Of a stretch of 64,000 nt of DNA, positions 28,922 to 36,825 are shown in pieces. The notes under the pieces were generated by a model. The model did no database searches and was not told the DNA's origin. It saw only the letters and a list, made by a program, of their open reading frames with translations. The position numbers were made by a program, and so were the translations under genes. This DNA is from an uncultured Bacteroidota bacterium (GTDB lineage: Bacteria; Bacteroidota; Bacteroidia; NS11-12g; UBA9320): positions 16,566-80,565 of the forward strand of contig CAJXBI010000001.1 in NCBI GenBank assembly GCA_913050005.1, read 5' to 3'. Numbering within the stretch: the stretch's first letter is position 1; each line of letters starts with the position of its first letter.

Positions 28922-31006
28922 ATGAATAAATTAATTTACACAATAATTTCAACTCTAATTTCAACATTTGTAATCGCTCAATGTGGTACTGATGAATATA
29001 ATTATCGGCTGGTCAAAGATAAATTATCAGAACGTCTAACTTATGTAGATTATTTAGAGCAAACGTATAGTTTAAATGGTGTTAAGTTCGATGAGTCTTT
29101 GGATATAAAGAGTAAAAAAGCTTCAAGAGTTATACCAGTTGTATTTCATGTGATTCATGCTTACGGTGATGAGAATATTAGCAAAGCACAGATTGAAGAC
29201 CAGATGCGTGTTATCAATGAAGATTTTCAACGAAAAAATTCAGATGCTTCAAATACAAGGGATTTCTTTAAAAGCAGAGCAGCAAATTTTGATATTGAAT
29301 TTAAGTTGGCTCGTATCGCTCCGGATGGTTCTTATACAGAAGGAATCACTCGGACCTACGATCCGATTAATATGATTGAGGATTATGAGGATCAAGATAA
29401 TGAGGCTAAATCAGTTGCTTTAGCATGGGATAGGAATAGATACTTGAACATATGGGTAGTTAAAGAGATTAAAAGCAGTGGCACAGGAACAATATTAGGT
29501 TATGCTCAGTTTCCAGGACAACGTGCATCAACAGATGGTATTGTAATGATTCATGATCGTGTGGGTACTATTGGAACTGCCAGCTCTTCATCGTCAGGGA
29601 AGGGTAGAACATTAACACACGAGATTGGTCATTGGTTAGGACTTTACCATCCATTTCAGGGAGGTTGTTTTGGTGGTGGAGATCGTGTAGATGACACTCC
29701 GCCTGTATTGGAAGCTTCTTATGGTTGTACCTCAGGGCAAAATCCCAATACTTGTAATAGTGATTTTCCAGACGAAATTGATATGGTTGAAAACTACATG
29801 GATTATGCAAATGGGAGTTGTATGAATGCTTTTACAAACGGACAACTTGCTCGAGTGAATGGCTTTCTAGCAAGTACTAATTACAGGGCAAGAAATATAG
29901 CGGCTTCTAATATCACAGCTACTGGAGTAAACACTAATCCAGTCTCGATACCTAAAGCAGATTTTTGGTATGATAATCCAGATAAAAAAGTGATTTGTGC
30001 TGGTCAGATTATGAAGTACAAAGATTTTAGTTACAATGGAGATATTACACAAAGAACTTGGAAATTTGAGGGAGGGACTCCTGCAACATCAACAGCTGTA
30101 AATCCAGAAATAGTTTACAACACACCTGGAGTTTACAAGGTAGAGCTTGATGTGGCTAATAGTGCTGGTGGTACTACTGCTAGTCGGATTTTATTTGTCA
30201 CAGTCTTACCTAATGTAGCCGAATCAAAAGCTCCTTTCGGACAAGATTTTGAGTCAAGTACTTCCGTTAGCGGATGGCAGTTTGAAAAAGATCTTTCGGG
30301 CAATGGTTGGAGTAAATCTTCATCTATAGGATACTCAGGCAGTAATTCAATACAAGCTTATGTTGATGAAAATACACCACAATCACTTCGTATGAAAGCA
30401 ATATCTGAAGCTGTTGATGTTAGTGAGTATGAAGTTCCATTAAATCTGCATTTTAAATATGCTTATGCAAGGAGAATTTCGAGTGCTTCAGAAATATTAT
30501 TAGTTTTAGGTTCAGTTGATTGTGGTCAATCCTGGGCTACGCTAAAAGCCTACAATAGTGCTAACCTAGTTACGGGTCCAGTATCGCCTAATTGGGTGCC
30601 TCAATCCAAATCAGACTGGGGAAGGGCTTCAATTAGTTTGTCCAAATACAAGGATGCAACTAATTTATTCTTAAGATTTGACGTGATTAGTCAGCAAGGA
30701 AATTCTGTTTTTATTGATGACATTAATATTGGAGAGTTTGCTTTGTCAACACCACATCTAGATTATGAGATTCCTTGGAAAATTTTCCCTAATCCTGCAA
30801 AGAATAATTTTATAGTTGAAACAAAGAGTAAGGTTATTAGTGGTAATTTGTATATCGTGGATTTAACAGGAAGAATACTTTTTGAGAAAAAAATAAATTC
30901 AGATCAAATCACGATTAATTCATCAGGTATTCCCAACGGATTATACATCTTATCTGTTGTGAATGATAATAAAGTATGGTCTAGTAAGCTAATAATTAAT
31001 AAATAA
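28922..31006 (+). CDS. Secreted M43 (pappalysin/ulilysin-like) zinc metalloprotease with PKD domain and T9SS C-terminal sorting domain
   Basis: Signal peptide; Cys-switch-like CGTD; IPVVFHVIH; HEIGHWLGLYH; Met-turn NYMDY; PKD-like WKFEGGTP...YNTPGVYKV; CTD IFPNPA...GLYIL...KLIINK. Confidence 0.92.
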   Translation: MNKLIYTIISTLISTFVIAQCGTDEYNYRLVKDKLSERLTYVDYLEQTYSLNGVKFDESLDIKSKKASRVIPVVFHVIHAYGDENISKAQIEDQMRVINEDFQRKNSDASNTRDFFKSRAANFDIEFKLARIAPDGSYTEGITRTYDPINMIEDYEDQDNEAKSVALAWDRNRYLNIWVVKEIKSSGTGTILGYAQFPGQRASTDGIVMIHDRVGTIGTASSSSSGKGRTLTHEIGHWLGLYHPFQGGCFGGGDRVDDTPPVLEASYGCTSGQNPNTCNSDFPDEIDMVENYMDYANGSCMNAFTNGQLARVNGFLASTNYRARNIAASNITATGVNTNPVSIPKADFWYDNPDKKVICAGQIMKYKDFSYNGDITQRTWKFEGGTPATSTAVNPEIVYNTPGVYKVELDVANSAGGTTASRILFVTVLPNVAESKAPFGQDFESSTSVSGWQFEKDLSGNGWSKSSSIGYSGSNSIQAYVDENTPQSLRMKAISEAVDVSEYEVPLNLHFKYAYARRISSASEILLVLGSVDCGQSWATLKAYNSANLVTGPVSPNWVPQSKSDWGRASISLSKYKDATNLFLRFDVISQQGNSVFIDDINIGEFALSTPHLDYEIPWKIFPNPAKNNFIVETKSKVISGNLYIVDLTGRILFEKKINSDQITINSSGIPNGLYILSVVNDNKVWSSKLIINK

Positions 31007-33324
31007 TGTCAAAAAATTTAGTTATTGTAGAGTCCCCTGCCAAGGCGAAGACAATTGAAAAGTTTTTAGGTGAGGGCTTCACCGTTAAGTCAAGTTTTGG
31101 ACACATTCGTGATTTAGCCAAAGGAGACTCAGCTATAGATATAGAGAGGGGGTATATGCCCAATTATATTGTATCAACAGATAAAAAGAAAATTGTTACA
31201 GAGCTAAAGAAGCTTGCAAAAGATGCCGATATGGTATGGCTTGCTTCGGATGAAGATCGAGAGGGAGAAGCAATATCTTGGCACCTCTCTGAGGTTTTGG
31301 GGTTGAAACCTAATAACACAAAACGAATTGTATTCCATGAAATTACAAAGTCTGCGATTTTACATGCCATAGATAATCCAAGAGATATAGATAATAATTT
31401 AGTCAAGGCCCAGCAAGCTAGAAGGGTTCTTGATCGTTTGGTAGGTTTTCAACTCTCTCCTGTTTTATGGAGAAAAGTGAAGCCATCGTTGAGTGCAGGA
31501 AGAGTTCAAAGTGTTGCCGTAAGATTGATAGTAGAACGAGAAAAACAAATTGAAGGTTTTGTCACAAGCTCGAGTTTCAAATTGCAAGGATTGTTTCAAA
31601 CATCAGGCAAGCCTATTTATGCAGATTTATCTAAGCGACCATCTACTCTTCAGGATGCCAATGAGTTTTTAGCTCGCTGTAAAGGTGCAACATTCAAGGT
31701 AGGTTCAATCAAGACAGTACCTGCTAAACGTTATCCATCAGCACCATTTACAACCTCTACACTTCAACAAGAGGCCAGTAGAAAATTGGGTTTCAATGTA
31801 TCAAGAACAATGATGCTTGCTCAACGGTTGTACGAAAATGGACATATTACATACATGAGGACGGATTCAGTAAATCTATCTGATTTCGCTCGAAAAAGTG
31901 CCCAAAACTCCATTAACAATGAATATGGTGAACAATATTCAAAACCAAGAAAATATGCTACCAAAAATGATAGTGCTCAAGAAGCTCACGAAGCAATAAG
32001 GCCTACCAATTTTGATTTAAATAGTGCTGGAGATGATGATGCACAAATGAGGCTTTATCAGCTGATATGGAAAAGAGCTATTGCTTCTCAAATGAGTGAT
32101 GCACAACTTGAAAGAACAACTATAGAAATAGTTAATGATAAGATTACAGATGCCTTCAAAGCTAAAGGTGAGGTAATAAAGTTCGATGGATTTCTAAAAG
32201 TATATCTTGAGGGTACAGATGATGAGAATGACGAGGAAGACAGTGGATTACTTCCTAAAGTATCTAAAGGGCAAGTTCTTGAACTCTCAGAAATAAAAGC
32301 TACACAAAGGTACACAAGACCTCCTGCTAGATTTACAGAAGCTAGCTTAGTGAAACGATTGGAAGAGTTGGGTATTGGTAGACCATCTACTTATGCTCCA
32401 ACAATATCAACTGTCCAGAAACGCGGCTATGTAGTTAAAGACGAAATTGACGGAAAGTCTCGATCTTATGACGTTCTCACATTGAAGAATGATGAAATTG
32501 TTAGTGAGAAACTCAATGAAAATTATGGTGCTGATAAAAATAAGCTTCATCCAAGCGACATCGGGAGAGTAGTTACCGAATTTTTGATCGAACATTTCAG
32601 TGAAATTATGGATTTTGGTTTCACAGCTAGCGTAGAGAAGGAGTTTGACGAAATTGCTGAGGGAATGAAAAATTGGTCCCAAATGATCGATGATTTTTAC
32701 CAACCATTTAGTAAAAATGTAACTAAAACTCTTGAAAATGCTGGTAGAGCAACAGGTGAAAGAGCATTGGGTAACGATCCCAAGACAGGCAAGCCTATAA
32801 TTGCAAGAATAGGACGTTTCGGACCAATGGTTCAAATTGGAGAACAAGATGACGAGGAGAAGCCAAGATTTGCTAGTCTAACCAAAGGACAAAATATCAA
32901 CAATATAACGTTAGAAGAAGCACTAGACTTATTCAAAATGCCAAGGATTCTAGGTGATTATGAGGATAAGGATGTGAAAGCCAATATTGGTAGATTCGGT
33001 CCGTATATACAACATCAAAAAATGTTTGTATCTATACCTAAAGAGGAGGATGTCATGACCATTGAATTGAGTAGGGCTATAGAACTAATAGAAGAAAAAA
33101 AAATAGCCGATGCTAATCGTATAATTAAAAAATTTGAGGAAGATCCTGATACAGAAATTCTAAATGGGAGATGGGGACCATATATTAAGTCAGGTAAGAA
33201 AAATTACAAATTGCCAAAAGATCTTGCAGATCCATCCAAATTATCATTTGGTGAGGTCAAATATATTATTGAAAATCAACCTGCAAAAGGAAAACGAAAG
33301 GCTTTGAAATCGGTTAAGAAATAG
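31006..33324 (+). CDS. topA: DNA topoisomerase I
   Basis: LVIVESPAKAKTI, DEDREGEAI, SAGRVQS, LYENGHITYMRTDS, QEAHEAIRPT, GIGRPSTYA; C-terminal GRFGP/GRWGP repeats in place of zinc ribbons. Confidence 0.98.
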   Translation: MSKNLVIVESPAKAKTIEKFLGEGFTVKSSFGHIRDLAKGDSAIDIERGYMPNYIVSTDKKKIVTELKKLAKDADMVWLASDEDREGEAISWHLSEVLGLKPNNTKRIVFHEITKSAILHAIDNPRDIDNNLVKAQQARRVLDRLVGFQLSPVLWRKVKPSLSAGRVQSVAVRLIVEREKQIEGFVTSSSFKLQGLFQTSGKPIYADLSKRPSTLQDANEFLARCKGATFKVGSIKTVPAKRYPSAPFTTSTLQQEASRKLGFNVSRTMMLAQRLYENGHITYMRTDSVNLSDFARKSAQNSINNEYGEQYSKPRKYATKNDSAQEAHEAIRPTNFDLNSAGDDDAQMRLYQLIWKRAIASQMSDAQLERTTIEIVNDKITDAFKAKGEVIKFDGFLKVYLEGTDDENDEEDSGLLPKVSKGQVLELSEIKATQRYTRPPARFTEASLVKRLEELGIGRPSTYAPTISTVQKRGYVVKDEIDGKSRSYDVLTLKNDEIVSEKLNENYGADKNKLHPSDIGRVVTEFLIEHFSEIMDFGFTASVEKEFDEIAEGMKNWSQMIDDFYQPFSKNVTKTLENAGRATGERALGNDPKTGKPIIARIGRFGPMVQIGEQDDEEKPRFASLTKGQNINNITLEEALDLFKMPRILGDYEDKDVKANIGRFGPYIQHQKMFVSIPKEEDVMTIELSRAIELIEEKKIADANRIIKKFEEDPDTEILNGRWGPYIKSGKKNYKLPKDLADPSKLSFGEVKYIIENQPAKGKRKALKSVKK

Positions 33325-33357
33325 CTCTAATTATTTTGTGCTAAGTCGTTAGATTTG

Positions 33358-34260
33358 ATGGAAGTTAAAGAATTAAAAAATATGGTTTACTTACTTGACG
33401 ATTCTGATGAACGTGTAGTAAGTCACATAGAAGAAAAAATTTTTTCATATGGATTAAATTCTATACCTTACCTAGAATCACTATGGCCTAACGAAGAGTC
33501 CGCAATAAGACAAGAAAAAATTGTAAATCTTATTAAACGAATTAAACAAAATGTATTAGCCGAAGAATTAAAATCTTGGCTGAATTCTGAAGAACAAGAC
33601 TTATTAGATGGAGTTTTTATTATAAATAAAATTTTAGATCCTAATCTTGACCGTCAGCATATTGAGAACCAATTAGATAAGATAAAATTAGATACTTGGT
33701 TAGAATTAAATTACGATTTAACATCTTTTGAAAAAGTTAAGATATTAAATCGAATAATTTTTGACGTTCACAAATTTACTGGGGATACAGAAAACTATGA
33801 TCATAGCAAAAATTCATTTTTATCTTCTGTGCTAGAACGAAAAAAAGGAAATCCAATCTCATTGGCTGTAGTTTATTGCATTATTGCACAAAGATTAAAT
33901 ATTCCTATTTATGGAGTTAATCTACCTCAGCATTTTATTCTCGGATATGTTAAAGACCTTGAGTGGCCACCTTTGCTGAGATTTAACGATGAGTCACTTT
34001 CAAGGGAAAGCCAATATAATGAAATCTTGTTTTACATAAATCCATTTAATAATGGACTTATTTTTAACCAAGAAAATATTCTTAAATTTTTAAAACAACT
34101 TAAACTAGAAGTTAAAGAAGATTATTTTAAAATTTGCGAGAACAGAGATATCATAATTAGAATTTTAAGAAATTTAGAAGTTTCTTTTTCCAAAGAGAAT
34201 AATCACAGTAAGAAAGATCAGGTCTTGAATCTTATTAAAATTATGATGAGAGAGGATTAA
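33358..34260 (+). CDS. Transglutaminase-like (SirB1-type) protein
   Basis: LLDDSDE N-terminus; FTGDTENY..KNSFLSSVLERKKGNPISL, GVNLPQHFIL, FYINPF. Confidence 0.8.
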   Translation: MEVKELKNMVYLLDDSDERVVSHIEEKIFSYGLNSIPYLESLWPNEESAIRQEKIVNLIKRIKQNVLAEELKSWLNSEEQDLLDGVFIINKILDPNLDRQHIENQLDKIKLDTWLELNYDLTSFEKVKILNRIIFDVHKFTGDTENYDHSKNSFLSSVLERKKGNPISLAVVYCIIAQRLNIPIYGVNLPQHFILGYVKDLEWPPLLRFNDESLSRESQYNEILFYINPFNNGLIFNQENILKFLKQLKLEVKEDYFKICENRDIIIRILRNLEVSFSKENNHSKKDQVLNLIKIMMRED

Positions 34261-34276
34261 TTGGTTTATCCGATTA

Positions 34277-35242
34277 TTACCACCCAAGAATCCTGGCAAA
34301 TATCAGTGGAGCAACAATGGTTGCATCACTTTCAATAATAAATTTTGGGGTCTTTTTAGCTAATTTTCCCCATGTAATTTTCTCATTAGGTACAGCACCA
34401 GAGTAGGAGCCATAACTAGTAGTACTATCACTAATTTGGCAAAAGTAGCTCCACAGTTTAGTAGGCTTTTCCAAATCTTGCTCCAGCATAGGAACAACAC
34501 AAATTGGGAAATCACCAGCAATACCTCCACCAATTTGAAAGAATCCTATCGACGAATTTTTACTTGTATCAATGTACCAATCAGCGAGATAGGTCATATA
34601 CTCAATACCACTTTTCATTGTACTTGGTATTAATTTGCCAACAATACAATTACTAGCAAAAATATTTCCAAGCGTGCTATCTTCCCAGCCAGGAACTACC
34701 ATAGGTAAGTTTTTTTCAGCAGCAGCAAGAAGCCACGAGTCTGCAGGGTCAATTTGATAATGTTCCTTCAAGCAACCATCCAATAACATTTTGTACATAT
34801 ATTCATGGGGAAGATATCTTTTTCCATTTGATTCTGCATTCTTCCAAAAACGTTCAATGTTGTGTTGAATTTTTCGGAATGCCTCTTCCTCTGGTATGCA
34901 TGTATCAGTTACTCTATTGAGTTTTTGATCTAATAATTGTTGTTCGTCAGTGGGTGTTAAGTCCCGATAATTAGGAATTCTCTTGTAATGGTCATGTGCT
35001 ACTAGATTCATGACATCTTCTTCTAAATTAGCTCCCGTACAACTAATGCAATGAACTTTGTCTTGACGGATCATTTCAGCTAAAATTTTGCCAAGTTCAG
35101 CAGTACTCATTGCACCTGCAAGGGTAACCATCATTTTATTTCCTAAAATCAATTGGTTGTTATATTCATCCGCAGCATCTACTAATGAGGCTGCATTGAA
35201 ATGCAGGAAGTATTTATCTATAAATTCACTAATTGGTTTCAT
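34277..35242 (-). CDS. Deoxyhypusine synthase-like protein (probable homospermidine or aminobutylagmatine synthesis)
   Basis: LAGAMSTAELG, CTGANLEED, NRVTDTCIPEE, PGWEDSTLG, IGGGIAGDF, GSYSGAVPNEKITWGK, SDATIVAP. Confidence 0.9.
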   Translation of the reverse strand: MKPISEFIDKYFLHFNAASLVDAADEYNNQLILGNKMMVTLAGAMSTAELGKILAEMIRQDKVHCISCTGANLEEDVMNLVAHDHYKRIPNYRDLTPTDEQQLLDQKLNRVTDTCIPEEEAFRKIQHNIERFWKNAESNGKRYLPHEYMYKMLLDGCLKEHYQIDPADSWLLAAAEKNLPMVVPGWEDSTLGNIFASNCIVGKLIPSTMKSGIEYMTYLADWYIDTSKNSSIGFFQIGGGIAGDFPICVVPMLEQDLEKPTKLWSYFCQISDSTTSYGSYSGAVPNEKITWGKLAKKTPKFIIESDATIVAPLIFARILGW

Positions 35243-36639
35243 TATTTATATCCTAATATTTTCATCATACTCTCAGCGGTTTGTTCTTCCTGAAAAACCT
35301 CATCAATAATTTTACCATCTTCATTTTTAGATAGTAGAATTTTTTTAGGACTAGGTATCAAGCAATGCTTAATTCCACCTTGGCCACTCAAACCTTCCTG
35401 ATATGCACCCGTATTAAAAAATCCAATGTAAAGAGGCTTTCCTTTATCAAATTCAGGTAGGTATATGGCATTAACGTGTTGTTCACTGTTATAATAATCA
35501 TCGCTATCACATGTCAAACCTCCTAATAAAACTCTTTCATAACTGGAGTTCCAATTGTTCAAGGGTAATAATATAAATCGTTCATTGATTGCCCACGCAT
35601 CTGGTAATGTAGTCATAAATGATCCATCAATCATATTCCATTTCTCTCGATCATTTTGTTTCTTTTGATAAATAATTTTATAGATAGTGCCGGCACTTTC
35701 TCCAACAGTATAACTTCCAAACTCAGTAAAAATATGGGGGTCCTCAATATTTTTTGATGAACATTCAATCTTGATTTGACTTACAATTTCTCGCACCATG
35801 TAATCATAATCATAATTAAAATTTAGATTTTTCTTAATGGGGAAACCACCTCCAATGTTAAGTGAATCTAGAGGTTGGCATAATCTTTTTAATTGAACAT
35901 AGACATTTAAACATTTTCGTAATTCATTCCAATAATATGAGGTATCTCTTATGCCTGTATTTATAAAAAAATGGAGCATTTTCAGCTCAAAATTTTGGGA
36001 GCCTTTTATATAATTTTCATAAAATGGGACAATGTCTTTGTACCTAATACCGAGCCTAGACGTGTAAAAAGAAAATTTGGGTTCTTCTTCAGAGGCAATT
36101 CTAATACCAACCTTAATCTTCTTATTTGTTCTATTTTTTAAGAGTTCAAATTCATTGGTATTATCGATTACAACACAGAGGTTTTCAAAACCAAGCTCAA
36201 TTAAATCAATAATATTATCAATGTAATTTTCAGTTTTGAATCCGTTACAGATAATGAAACAATCTTTATTTATTTCATCGTGTTCAATTAAGTTCTTAAT
36301 TAATGCTAGATCATATGCTGAAGAAGTTTCTATATGTACGTCATTTTTAATGCACTCTTTTAGTACATATTTAAAATGTGAACTTTTTGTACAATAACAG
36401 TAGTGATACTTGCCCTTGTAATTGTACTCGGTAAACGCATTTGAAAACCATTGTTTTGCTTTTTGAATATTCTCTGAGATTTTAGGTAAATAACTAAATT
36501 GTAAAGGTGTGCTGTGTTTTTTAACTAAATCCATTAATGGCAGACCCCGCAATAGTAGTTCCCCATCTGAACTGGTTGAGAATTCATCCGTTGGAAATTC
36601 AAAGGTTTGCTCTATTAAGTCAGCGTATTTATTCTTCAA
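35242..36639 (-). CDS. speA: Arginine decarboxylase (Bacteroidota short type, alanine-racemase fold PLP enzyme)
   Basis: YCYCTKSSH (PLP Lys), ETSSAYD, CNGFK, SRLG, NIGGGFP, TEFGSYTV, TCDSDDY, GAYQ; TTG start; coupled to the DHS-like gene via TAATG. Confidence 0.87.
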   Translation of the reverse strand: MKNKYADLIEQTFEFPTDEFSTSSDGELLLRGLPLMDLVKKHSTPLQFSYLPKISENIQKAKQWFSNAFTEYNYKGKYHYCYCTKSSHFKYVLKECIKNDVHIETSSAYDLALIKNLIEHDEINKDCFIICNGFKTENYIDNIIDLIELGFENLCVVIDNTNEFELLKNRTNKKIKVGIRIASEEEPKFSFYTSRLGIRYKDIVPFYENYIKGSQNFELKMLHFFINTGIRDTSYYWNELRKCLNVYVQLKRLCQPLDSLNIGGGFPIKKNLNFNYDYDYMVREIVSQIKIECSSKNIEDPHIFTEFGSYTVGESAGTIYKIIYQKKQNDREKWNMIDGSFMTTLPDAWAINERFILLPLNNWNSSYERVLLGGLTCDSDDYYNSEQHVNAIYLPEFDKGKPLYIGFFNTGAYQEGLSGQGGIKHCLIPSPKKILLSKNEDGKIIDEVFQEEQTAESMMKILGYK

Positions 36640-36825
36640 TATTTTGAATTTTGATTACAAAAGAAAATAAAAAAACGATTTTGGGTGCCAAAAAAACACA
36701 ATTTAATGAGGAGAATTATTACCCTTTAACGAAAATAATTTAATTCATTGGTTGATTTATTATTTCCAATGGTACTAAAGTATTCAGGTATTTTGTAAAT
36801 TCGCAAACTTCCAAAAACTAACGCT

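Noticed and set aside
36746-36771. Inverted repeat CATTGG-N14-CCAATG upstream of uvrA as a possible SOS operator
   Set aside because: Arms are only 6 bp, it matches no LexA-type box I recognise, and I noticed no copy upstream of the recG or dnaE units; likely chance.
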